This document shows, one piece after another, positions 1-12,700 of a DNA stretch of 64,000 nt. The notes under the pieces were generated by a model that saw only the letters and a program-made list of their open reading frames with translations, searched no databases and was not told where the DNA came from. Source of the stretch: Chrysomallon squamiferum. Its lineage: Eukaryota > Animalia > Mollusca. The stretch spans positions 11,160,001 to 11,224,000 of the forward strand of contig CM022678.1 in the NCBI GenBank assembly GCA_012295275.1. The letters run 5' to 3'. A program made the translations under genes and the position numbers. Within the stretch, counting starts at the first letter, position 1; every line of letters begins with the position of its first letter.

Positions 1-50
1 CATTTCTGGTTCCTTGCTGACTGAGCCAAACCCACAAAAGTCTGATCAGC

Positions 51-315
51 TCTTTGTAATGTGTAAAGTCATCAGTCATCTATTTGTAATGTGTAAATTC
101 ATCAACTATCTTTGTAATGTGTAAAGTCATCAGTCATCTATTTGTAATGTGTAAATTCATCAACTATCTTTGTAATGTGTAAAGTCATCAGTCATCTATT
201 TGTAATGTGTAAATTCATCAACTGTCTTTGTAAGAAGTAAATTCATCAACTGTCTTTATTTATAGTGTATAAAATCATCAATTTGTCTTTATAATGTGCA
301 AAGTCATCAGTCATT
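51..315. repeat. Tandem repeat, ~58-bp unit made of two ~29-bp subunits (TTTGTAATGTGTAAA core)
   Basis: TCTTTGTAATGTGTAAAGTCATCAGTCATC recurs at 51, 109 and 167, then decays. Confidence 0.85.
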
Positions 316-2297
316 TATTTATTTATTTATTTTTTATTTTTTTTTTTTTATTTTTTGTGTAATCGAAGTTACATAAATACTGTCGTAGGTTACTTTTGTT
401 TATTTAAATAAGCGTAGGAAGTAAATGGTATTTGTGTTGAAATTAAGCTATAATTTACATTAGTAACACTTCCTACAAGAAGATTTGTGTTTTATCTCTC
501 TGAGACAGTTTCATCAGGGAAAACAGAGCTTCCGTTTAGTTCACTGATCATTTGATATGTAGGTTAGATTCTTCATAACTTCCTTTAGGACAGAAGTTTC
601 ATATGTTTAGATAAGTCTTTCTGGGTTTTCTTTCTTCTATTTAAAATTAAATAAATAGTAAATAATTATTAGAAGAAAAAAAAAGAAAAAAAAGAAACAC
701 TTTGATTGAAAGATCAGCATTCTAAGATAATTTGTTTCATTTTGTTTCTTTTTCTTTTCTTTTTTTAAGTATTCTGAATAGCTTTTACATTGTTGTTGTT
801 GTTGTTGTTGTTACAATCACTGCAGTTACAGTTTCTGAACCTATAGCCAAATTATATTCAGAGAAAAATCTGCTCAGAAAGTGATGCCTCATCTTTGTCT
901 TCTGTTGTAAGACAAATTGCTGGACGTCACTTTGAACATCAATTTACTCAGACCTCCTCCACTTACAGAATTTCTCTACAAAATTCAATCAGCTACTAAA
1001 TTCTTACGGGAATTCACCCACAACCTTTCGTCCCTTCAACAGTTAATAGGATGATCCACTTCAGTTACTTAGGGCTAGCCTAATTCACTTAATAGGGAAG
1101 AAGGCATTGTAAGTTTTTCTGAAAATGGAGGATTTTCTGATGTTCGAGATGTGATTATTGATAATATTGATTTCCACGAAAAGGATATTACCTTAATGTC
1201 GAACAGCAAATCCAGGATTGTAAGATTTTAGTGTCTGACATCCTCTTTGGAGATTAATCACCATTGGCAACAGGACTGCTAAAGCCATTTTCTGTGTAAG
1301 ATGGATCTTGAAGAAATGTTGCTTTTGATAATACACTAGTTGTTAGGTTTTGTCTGAGAATGATAAATGTTATAAAGAATTCTTATCTGATGCATTTTTG
1401 TACACTGCCCAGTGACACTAATATTAGAAATGTTCATAAAAACCAGAATATTTCCTCTCTGTAGTACAAACAAGATAAACATTATTCTGTATTGTTAGAA
1501 ATTTAGTAGAAAGAATCAGAATGTGACTGATGGAGAAAAAAACAACAACAATAATAATTAACAAAAGAAGAAAAACAAATTATAATTATCATAATTAAAA
1601 ACAAAAGTTAATGAAGAAACATTTTTTTTTAATATTTTTGTAAACTCCTTTTTATTTTTAAATTAGAATGTTCTGATATAATGATTTGAGAAAAAAAATA
1701 ATAAGCACTGAACAAGAAAACTGTCTAAAATTTTCAGCTTAAAAGAATGAAGTAATTATTGGAAAACAATATTATTTACAAAATGTGTTAAGGAAATTTC
1801 TGTTAGTCATTATTTTACAAAAACATGAAAATAAAACAATTAAAAAAAAAATTAAAAATGTGCAAATCAACAAGATTAAGTGTTCTGACTGAGATCTTAA
1901 AGGTCTCAAGAAACACATATTTCAGTTTTCTTACGCAAACTTCCCTATCTGTCCATATTTTATTTATGTAATTTTATTATCATCACTATTATTGTTATTT
2001 TCATCATCATTACTTATTATTGCTATTGTTATTATTATCATTATGATTACTATTACTATTATTATTAGTTGTTACTGTTGTTATTATTATCACTTGTTTT
2101 TTTAAATTATTATTACTACTATTTCTGCTGCTGCTGCTGTTGCTGTTGTTGTTGCTGTTGTTGTTGTTATTATCATTATAATTGCTACTGTAAGAATTTA
2201 TAATTTTGTAGCTAAATTACACTTCAGAGAAAAATCTTTCAAGAAAGACTAATTGTTTTTAATTTAAATATTTATTTTTGTGTTTTTATGTTTGCAG

Positions 2298-4131
2298 TGA
2301 GGCGGAACATGTTGCGCTGAAAGTAATTAAAAATGTGGAGAAGTACAGAGAAGCCGCCAAACTTGAAATCAATGTGCTGGAGAAACTCCGAGAAAAAGAC
2401 AGAGATTCCAAATAGTACGTGTATAGAGTTTTTATTATTATTTTATTTTATTTATTTATTTATTTATTTATTTTTTTTGTTTGTTATTGTTATTGTTGTT
2501 GTTGTTGTTATTATTATTTTTTTAAAGTTCAAATAATTTTTCTTTTGTATATATTCTTGAATTATTTTTTAATTTAGTAATTTATCAGTTTATATTATTT
2601 TTTTATTTTTTTATTTTGTCTATGTTTTCACTTTTTCTGTTGATTTTGTATATTATGTTTTCTGTTTGTTTTAATTTTATTTATTTATTTATTTTTTTTT
2701 TTTATTTTTTTTTTATTATTATTTCTTTTGGCCAAATACATTTTATTTTTCACTTCACTTGTAACTCTACATTTTTCTTAACTTTTCACCATTATTTCAT
2801 TTTAAAATTTTTAAAATTGTATTTCAGTCTGTGTGTCCGAATGTTGGACTGGTTCGACTATCATGGTCACATCTGTCTTGCCTTTGAAATGCTTGGTCTT
2901 AGCGTCTTTGATTTTCTGGTAAGTGAGACCAATTATCTGTAATCCTGCATGAGAAAAAATCTTCCAAAAGCAACCATCGCATGGAATACCTTCGTTTTTA
3001 ACTCTCGCTAGTCGAAGAGGTGTTTGCAACAAACACAGCAGTTCATATAAATTATTATTTTATTACGATTGTGTCATTATTTTCTCTTCTTTGTTTTAAA
3101 TATTTCTACTTCTGTGTGTTTTATTGATGAGTACTTTGTTGTTAAGTGTTGTTGTTGTTGTGGAATGTAGGTTCTTGGGTTCACTTCTGGATATAAATCT
3201 GTTCATTTAGATGAGATTTTTTTTTTTTTTTTTTGGACTCCTCACTGGAAGAAATCCAATTTTATTTCTTATGTTATTTATGGAAACTTCTTTGTAATAT
3301 CGAAGTGGGACATAGCTAGAATATTTATCACTCCAACATACCTGTATTTCTGATACTGCCATAGATGTTGTAAAAATAGAAAAATATATTTTAAAATCCT
3401 GCAGTGCTAGATTAATAATTGATTAATTAATTTATTTTTTTATTTCTTTTTTTTTTTTTTTTTTTTTTGACTTTATAAGTTTTTGATAGAAAACTTTGTT
3501 GTCGTAAATTTAAATTTTCTGAAGTTCTCCATCTTGGTTATTATCTCGTCCTTAGCATTTTCTCATCACCCCTTGACCCTCCTCATTTTTTTTTTTTTTT
3601 TTTTTTCTTCAATTGCCACAGCAGTCTGAATTACATAACAGTGGGATGAATATAAATGTGACATTTAGTTACACGATCTCTGCCATTTGCTCTCACTTAA
3701 ACTGTGCGTCTGGTTTGCACATTTCACTTGTCTGTAACGGCAAGAGAGAAAAAACAATGAAGCAGATGTTGTTGATTCCCGGAGAACTTTGAAAAAAATA
3801 AAAAATAAATATTAAAAAAATTTAATGTAAAACAGAGGTGTAATGGAAGGCCTGTGTGTATCTGTTTGAACACAGAGCACAGCAGTTCCAGTGTTATTTC
3901 TGACTTGCTTGGCAGAACACAGACACAGAGGTGTAATGTTATTCCTCCACATCTGTTGTGCACCAAGGATCGATCAGAAGAGTTTTTTGTGATTTCTTCA
4001 TATTTTTTAAAACACTGGGTTTAGAAAATATTCCTTTTTTTTTTTTCATTTATAATAAGCAAGAAAGTGAACAAAGTTTATTATGAAAAGAAGTTTCAGT
4101 TTCTCAGCTTCTGTCTCTTTCTCTCTATCAC

Positions 4132-4221
<90 letters not shown>

Positions 4222-5556
4222 TAAAGCTTGGGCTATAACCAGCAGGATCATAATGACCTTTCTTTGTACACCAGCAACAAGAGCAGTGATGGGTGTAGAA
4301 CATGTTTCTGAGACTGCTGTACAAGTGTACATCCTGCATGTGTTTCCTCTTAACTGTAGTCACTTCCAGCATTTCAGATTGAGTCAGTTAACTTTAGTCA
4401 CTTCTAGACTTGAGTGTGTAAATATTGTTAACTGTGTATGTTTTAACATTCTAGATTGATCTGTAAGACGTTAACTTCAGTCAGTCAGTTCAAGCATTCT
4501 AGATTGAATTTGTAACTAGTTAACTGTAGTCAAACCTAGACTGAGTCAATAAATAGTCAACTACAGTCAGACCAAGCATTCTAGATTGAATTTGTAACTA
4601 GTTAACTGTAGTCAAATCTAGACTGAGTCAATAAATAGTCAACTACAGTCAGACCAAGCATTCTAGACTGAGTATAAATATTGTTAAATATAGGCAGGTT
4701 TTACATTCTAGATTGAGTCTATAAATATTGTTAAATATAGGCAGGTTTTACATTCTAGATTGAGTCTATAAATATTGTTAAATATAGGCAGGTTTTACAT
4801 TCTAGACTGAGTCTATAAATATTGTTAAATATAGGCAGGTTTTACATTCTAGACTGAGTCTATAAATATTGTTAAATATAGGCAGGTTTTACATTCTAGA
4901 CTGAGTCTATAAATATTGTTAAATATAGGCAGGTTTTACATTCTAGATTGAGTCAATGCATACTGTTAACTGCAGGCTGTTCTAGACTTTGTATTCTTTC
5001 TAGAATGTACAAACCTGTTAAAAAGCTTTTATTACTGACTTGTAGTTTGCTTGTCATACTCTTTCTGGGATCCTATGATCAATCCTCGCAAACAAACCTA
5101 TTTTGATATTTCCCTTTCCAACCAGTGTTTCACAGTGAACATATAAAATCACAGCATTATTGGGGTTTTTTACTGTGTGAGGGTAGGCAAATGTAATATT
5201 TCCTTTTTGCTAATAGATCAGACTAGCTCAATATAAGAGTATTTCTTTAAAAATTCAAGTAACTGATAATTTAACAACTTTTTTTTTTTTTTTTTTTTAT
5301 CTTCTTTTTTGACAAACTCCAAAACAAACCATGCATGCATTTTTGTTTTTATTCCTAAGATACGGTAAAATCATGTTTGTTATTATTTTATTTTATTTTA
5401 TTTTATTTATGTTTGTTGTTGATTAAGATGTCTAACAAAACACCATGAAGCCTCGATACATTTTTCTTATCTTTGCTGTCTGTTTAATGTTCATCTGGGA
5501 TTTCCTGCAGTGCAGAGAAAGAAAATTTTATAGTTAAAATTTTTTGTTAAAATTTG

Positions 5557-5652
<96 letters not shown>

Positions 5653-6880
5653 TTTGCTTCAAACATTTTTTTTTTTTTCCTCTTCATAAATGATCTATGA
5701 GATATGCAAAGAATTTTTCATTAATTTGATTTATTTTGGTGTTTTCCGAAATTTGTATTTAATTGGGCATTAAAAAAAAACATCAAAACGGAATTTACGA
5801 CACAGAGTGAGAGAGGAGGATGAGGATGAATACAGAAGCAGAATGGGAGGGATAGAGAGATTGTAAGAGAAATGCGGACTGAGAAGGAAAAAAAAGAAAT
5901 TTTCATATTTTTAGAGATGGGGTTAATAATGTGTTTAGGAAAAAGAAAAATTATATATATATTTTTTGAGTTAAATGAGATAGAGACAGATACAAAGAAA
6001 GCGGAAGTAGCCAGTTGTGAATTATGGGTAATTAACAATTTCAGAAATAGACTTGACAGACAGAGCTAAGAAAGCATTGTGTTGTTAGGTACAGAGATTC
6101 CGGGCATGTTTTGACTTCGCCTGCAACTGATTTCCAAACTGCAGAGCTGGGGGCCAGTATTTAATTAACCTGTTCTCCTGTTAACATCAGAAAGAATGAA
6201 TTAATTCAAAAGAAGCCAGAAATAGCAGCGAAAAGTTTTCAAATCTGAAACAGCCCTTGAAGCTTTGGGGAAAACGTCTTGGCCAAGATTTTATTTTTCT
6301 TTTTTTTTTTTTCATCCATTTTTTTCTTCTTCTTCTTCTTCATTTTCTTTTTTTTTTTTTTTTTTTTTTTCTTTTTTTTTTCTTTTTTCTTTTTCTAAAT
6401 GCAACAGTTTGTGAAACAGCTGCAGGATGTAAAATAAATTGGTGATTAAACGAAATCATTTCAAATTTATGGTTGAGAAGAACTTCTAACGACAATTTCA
6501 CAGATAGTGGAAATAATGTTGGTGTGGTTAGACACACGAATTTATATTGAAATAACACGAATAATCAACTGGGATGTTTTTAATTTAATTTTCTTTTTTT
6601 TTTTTTTTTACTGTTTTCCTTTATAGGTGTATGTAAGGGAATGTGTGTGTGGGGAAATGCAAGATATTGTTTATTGTGGCAAAAATCTTTAATATTTGAA
6701 TAACCTCTTGTTGTAATGTTTTGATAATGAGTGAACAGTGAAATATTCTCTTCATCTCAGATGTCCTTGCTACTGGGAGGTCACTGATAAGTGAAATGTC
6801 AGACTGTGTGAAAATAATATTTCTCTCTTAATTACAAGTTTGACATTTCAGTTCTGACCTCTCCTAATTAACCTTGTCCA

Positions 6881-6943
<63 letters not shown>

Positions 6944-9900
6944 GCCTGTTGCCCTCTGTCTGTATGTCTGTGCATCATATTATCCTGTCTGCCTGTCTCT
7001 AAGTATTTGTATATATAATAAAATATATATAAAAAGAGTAAATAATGAATAATATTTATAAACGTAAGATAAAATTCTGAGTAACATGTTGGTTTTACAA
7101 AACTGTAAGAACAATTATTCTTATTATATTACTTACTTTTTTTTTTTTTTTTTTTTTTAAATAAATAAATAATTGATTTACAATAATAATAATAAAGAAC
7201 ATAGAAATATAATAATACCATTTATCATGGTTTATAAGCAAATTATTTCTCTGGCTAAATATGGCCTCTTTCTGTTTGCACAAGAAGGTAAAAACTGACG
7301 TGTGTTAGACAGCTCACAGAGTGGGTTTGTCTTAGATCTGGCCTTGGTCTTATCTGCTTTAGATAAATTTACTGATAAAAAAAAAAAATAATAATAATAA
7401 AAAAAAAGTCTCATGTTATAAAGATTAAACGATAGGGCTATAAAACATGAAAAACTTATAAATTTATAAATTACTACCACCAAAAAAAAAAAATCCAAAA
7501 ATCCCTGAAGATTTAATATTTTAAAAATAATAAAATCTAACTAAAAATAGTAAAATGTAAAGTACTAGATGAATGTCTAGGGTGTTACTATATGAAGATG
7601 AAAGTGTAAGAAATACTTGGAAATAATGTTAATAAAATTACATAAAATACTTACTGCAAGTCTATGAAGTTTCGGAAATACTCTGATGAGAGTTTATAAC
7701 AATTAAAAAAATATTTTGATATATTGTAAAAGTAATAAAATTTATATAAAATACTGGCTGCAAGTCTAGGATGTCTCAGAAATAGTGTAATATATTATAA
7801 AAGTAATAAAATTATAGAAAATACTGGCTGCAAGTCTAGGATGTTTCAGACGTACTTGGAGAGATTTTAACAATAATAAAATGATATAAAATACAGGCTG
7901 CAAGTCTAGGATGTCTCAGAAATATTGTAATATATTGTAACAATAATAAAATGATATAAAATACTGGCTGCAAGTCTAGGTGTTTCAGAAATACTTGGGG
8001 AGATTGTAACAATAATAAAATGATATAAAATACTGGCTGCAAGTCTAGGTGTTTCAGAAATACTTGGGGAGATTGTAACAATAATAAAAATGGCTGATGC
8101 TATTTACATCAAATAGATAAAATTTCTGGCAATCATACAAAGATAAGAAAAGAAAAAGAAAAAAAAAAAGAAAGAAAGAAAATTAACCGTATTTTGTCAA
8201 ATGTCAGATTGGTCCAGTTTAGTTCTTGTAGAAGTTGTTGTTGTGGTATAAGAGATAACAGAAGTAGTAGTAGTTGTTGTAGTAATAGTAGTAAATACAA
8301 AACTTGCTGCCCCCTGGCATACCAAGGTTTATGATTAGTGTGTGCTGCTGTTGTTGTTGCTGTTGTTATTATTGTCACGGGTGGTGATGTTGTTACATTT
8401 CTTATTTCCAGTTCTAGCCACGTCCTGTGACTGCTTATGAAATAAACATTATGTGAAGTTGTATATACAAAATCATCCACTTTCTTTAAGTTAAATAACA
8501 CAATTCTTGAATCTAGTGATAAAATAATTTCCATTTACAGTCACTGTTTGGTTAGATGAAACAAACTTCAATATTTCCTCTTCAAAGTCAGTTGGTTCAG
8601 ATATGAAATACTGTCAGATATTGTTCAGATAACTCTGATGAAACATTATGCATGCTAGATGGAAACTGGGGGGAAACTAGGGTGGTCAGAATAGACCCTC
8701 AGGCTCAAAAATAAAATATATATATATATATATGCTTTTTACTTCTCTCTCGTTTTTATTTTTTTATAAAATTTATACAAGGGGATGATGATGATTAATA
8801 AATAAATTACATTGGACAAAATCTTTTATATTTGTTACATTTATTTTATTATTTATTTACTTGTATTTTGTTTTGTTTACAGAAAGACAACAATTATGCT
8901 CCATATCCTCTGGAACAAGTGCGTCACATGTCTTACCAGCTGTGTTACGCAGTCAACTGTGAGTAACATGTAACGTAACCCTTGTTTGTAATCAGCAGGA
9001 GTAACCCTGCTACAGGTTTCCTCTCAAGTGTCATTTTGAAAGTAAATAAATAACAGATGAGAAAATACTGAATATGTTAAGTTGCTGCTAAAATAATGTC
9101 AGTGTTTTTTGTTTTTAATCAGGTTAAAAAATCTACGCTAGATACTTAATTTTCCAATCCGACCAGTGTTCAGTTTAATGTCTTTTCATTTCTGTGTTTA
9201 AAATCATACAGGACATCTCTGATTTTCAGTTCCAGCCAGTGCACTTCCCTCTCCTATTTTATCTTTTTTATTTTTTTTTTAAATATGCAGTTTTACAAGT
9301 GTCACATCTCTGTCTCGTTTGTCAATTTTTTTTGTCTTGTTTACATTGCAATGTTTTTGTTTTCAGTTTTACATGAAAATCAGCTGACTCACACAGATCT
9401 TAAACCAGAAAATATTTTATTTGTCAGTTCTGACTACGATGAAATTTATAATCCAAGAAAGGTAAATGTAATAAATAATTGTATAGTGATCATCCTCTCA
9501 CTTTACTGTTTCTGTGTTGTTTACAGTACTGCCTGCCTGTCATATGTATAGGTATGTGTGCACATGCATACATACACACGACACACAGAGACAGACACAT
9601 ACAACACACAGACACAGAGACACATACATACATATGCACACACAGACATACAGACACACACATTCTTACAGACACAAACAGAAAAGTTACAAGACTTGAA
9701 ACATCCAAGTAATGTGTAAAATATTTGTTCATGCATTCTTTTGTTTATCACCAAGTAGTAGAAATTATTCCTAATTTTGAATTATTTTTTTTTCAACTTC
9801 AGAGGAGAAACGAGAAAAGAATAAAAAATACGGAGATTCGCTTGATCGACTTCGGGTCCGCAACGTTTGACCACGAGCACCACAGCACCATCGTGTCAAC

Positions 9901-10022
9901 GCGCCACTACAGGGCTCCTGAGGTCATCCTCGAACTGGGCTGGTCACAGCCGTGTGACGTCTGGAGTGTGGGCTGCATCATGTTTGAACTGTATACAGGA
10001 TATACGTTGTTTCAAGTATGTT

Positions 10023-10074
<52 letters not shown>

Positions 10075-10394
10075 TCTGTGATGTACTGTGTATGTATGTA
10101 GTGTATCTCTTATTCACAAAGGGGAGTCTATAAGTCAGCTGGAATGCAGAAATCTGCAATGAAATATAATTATTCCTCTTTTTTTTTCATTTTCGTTTTT
10201 ATTTTTATGTTAATTCTATTATAATTATTATTATTGTTATTAGTATTATTATTATGATTATTATTGTTATTGTTATTATTATTATTTGTTAATTGTTTAA
10301 TGTGTTTCTTGCAGACTCATGATAACAAGGAACACTTAGCTATGATGGAAAGAATACTTGGTTCCATTCCATACCGCATGGCCAAAAAGACCAA
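2298..10394 (+). CDS. CLK2: LAMMER/CDC-like dual-specificity kinase (CLK/Doa), shared kinase-domain exons; the 5' part lies upstream of the window
   Basis: Phase-consistent GT-AG exons: 2298-2414 ([24 protein letters not shown]), 2828-2918 ([30 protein letters not shown]), 8883-8958 ([25 protein letters not shown]), 9367-9461 ([18 protein letters not shown]), 9803-10015 ([41 protein letters not shown]) and 10315-10394 ([16 protein letters not shown], the LAMMER signature). The symbol is a family-level assignment. Confidence 0.97.
4340..4990. repeat. Compound intronic minisatellite (82-bp units, then ~6 x 47-bp units)
   Basis: AAGCATTCTAGA recurs at 4492, 4574 and 4656; ATAAATATTGTTAAATATAGGCAGGTTTTACATTCTAGAYTGAGTCT recurs every 47 bp from about 4674. 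Confidence 0.9.
7600..8090. repeat. Intronic minisatellite, ~70-bp unit
   Basis: ATACWGGCTGCAAGTCTAGG at 7751, 7821, 7891, 7961 and 8030. Confidence 0.9.
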
Positions 10395-10406
10395 GTGAGT
10401 TTTCAG

Positions 10407-10476
<70 letters not shown>

Positions 10477-11055
10477 GTCTCTCCCTCTCTTTTGCTGGTT
10501 CTTTCTTTCTCTGTCTCTGTCCCTTTTTCTTTTTCTTTGTCTCTGTCTGTCCCTCTCTGTCTTTCTATCCTGCTTCCTCTAGCTCTGTCTTTTCTCTCAC
10601 CTAATTTATTTCTTCTTTTCCTATCTCTCATTCTGTGATTATTCTTTCCCTGAATACTCTCTTGTTTCTTAAATGTATTTGATCTGTTTATTTATTTATT
10701 TATTACTTTTATGTATAGCATTTTCTGTTTTTTTTTTTTTTTTTTTTAGAGCTAATTAAATTTAATGCAAAACAATTAAAAATAAAAAGGTCGTTAAAAT
10801 TCTATTTTATTGCTGCTACATAACATAATTTTGTGTGTGACAATTAAAAAAAAACATTTGGATAGTTAAAAATGCCCAGTAAGTTTTTCTGATAATTATT
10901 TTTGGAATAGTAAAATGTTTCCTGTTTAAAAGAAAAAGGAAATAAAGACTAAAAAAAAAAAAAAAAAAAAAAAAACAAGTTTGCATTGCCTGGTAAAAGC
11001 GAAAAAGTGAGGAAAAAAAATTAAAATTAAATAACATTGATTATCATTATGATGT

Positions 11056-11114
<59 letters not shown>

Positions 11115-11168
11115 CAAATTTAAGAAGAAAAACTACAAGTGTACATTTTTATTTGTTTATTTTTGTTA

Positions 11169-11217
<49 letters not shown>

Positions 11218-11345
11218 CATTTTTATTATAATTATTATTATCGTTATTATCATTATTGTTATTATCATTATTATTATTATCATTGTTATTATTACTATTA
11301 TTATCATTATCATTATTATTACTATTATTATCATTATTATTACAT

Positions 11346-11377
<32 letters not shown>

Positions 11378-11544
11378 TTATTTTAATATAAAACACGTAA
11401 AAAAGAATGAGTTAGGTAATAAAACGAGACCCTGCGTTGCGTTGCGTTATGAAATGAACTGAGTTTTTGCTGTGAACTGAACTGAGTTTTGTGATTTAAG
11501 AACTGAGTTTTGTGATGTTAAGAACTGAGTTTTGTGATTTTAAG

Positions 11545-11632
11545 AACTAATTTCTTCTGGCACGGCCGCCTCGACTGGGACCCGACGACATCTGCCGGGC
11601 GCTACGTGCGGGAGAACTGCAAACCACTCTAC
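11545..11632 (+). CDS. CLK2: CLK post-LAMMER insert exon, copy a
   Basis: TAAG|A ACT...CTC TAC|GTGAGT; 88 nt, phase 2 to phase 0; encodes (K)[29 protein letters not shown], the conserved CLK LDWD...SAGRYV...CKPL segment. Confidence 0.93.
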
Positions 11633-12254
11633 GTGAGTACTGGGCATGCTCAGTGCACCTCCGTCCTACGTCTCGCAACAGTAGACGCATGTTTTAATCT
11701 TAAACCTGTTTTTTTTAACTTTATCAATTTTGGTGCATTTTTTTTAAAGCATTACGTGTGCATGTTAACACTTGTTGTGTGGTAATGAAGGTAGTTACTG
11801 TGAAGAGGTGACTAACGATTTAATTAAACGAGTCGGGTGGGTGGGGTTTTGATTGCAGGTGCAAACAGGTAATGCTAGAAAAATGCACTGAATGAGTACT
11901 GCAGGCTTTGTTTGCTTGCATGTTTGTCATGAACTGGTCTTAAAGCTGTTTGGGTAACAGATCTACACTATGGTGTGTGTAAGAGTATTTCTGAGTCCAT
12001 CCTTGCATTCGAGTATGCATACATGACATGAGTGTGTGTGTATCCTTTATAAAAATCATTGATGAAGATTTCAAACATTCATCCATTTTAATTTTTTTTT
12101 AATTTTTTTTTTATCTACATACACCTGTGACTGTCTTGTTACCCAGACAGTCTTGTCAGTCAGTCTGTCTGTCTGTCTGTGTGTGTGTGGGCATGTTGTC
12201 TGTAGCTGTTTTTTTGCATTTGTTTTTTTTTTTTTTTTTCTCTCTTGATTGAAG

Positions 12255-12345
12255 AAAACAAAAATACTTCCATCGGGGCAAGTTTGACTGGGACCCAGAC
12301 AGCGAAGCAGGTCACTATGTCAGAGTTCACTGTCGACCAATCAAG
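12255..12345 (+). CDS. CLK2: CLK post-LAMMER insert exon, copy b (paralogous, mutually exclusive candidate)
   Basis: Long poly-T tract, GAAG|A AAA CAA...ATC AAG|GTGAGT; 91 nt, phase 2 to phase 0; encodes (K)KQKYFHRGKFDWDPDSEAGHYVRVHCRPIK, colinear with copy a and with no stops. Confidence 0.88.
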
Positions 12346-12584
12346 GTGAGTCAGTCCCCCCCCAAGCCCCCCGGCCCACACCAACAGTTAAAACTTATCC
12401 ACACCAAGGTGAAATGTATTTTATTTCAGAAGTTTCAATTTTACATATCTTTCTTTCTTCTTTTCTTTTTTATTTAATTTTCTTTCTTTCTTTCTTTTTT
12501 CTAAAGCTGATGGTTAATATGTATTCTTAGAGACTAAAATATTATAAAATTATGAATGCAGAAAATAATTCATCAGATGTCTTT

Positions 12585-12700
<116 letters not shown>

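Noticed and set aside
4046-4459. ORFs with ERERER/LSLSLS runs, and similar poly-I/L/Y/N/T ORFs throughout the window
   Set aside because: They are translations of (CT)n, (ATT)n, (TAG)n and poly-T microsatellites with no coding signal.
4674-4955. CRISPR-like appearance of the 30-47-bp arrays (also 48910, 51210 and 56607)
   Set aside because: The units are head-to-tail with no unique spacers, there are no cas genes, and the context is eukaryotic intronic or intergenic DNA.
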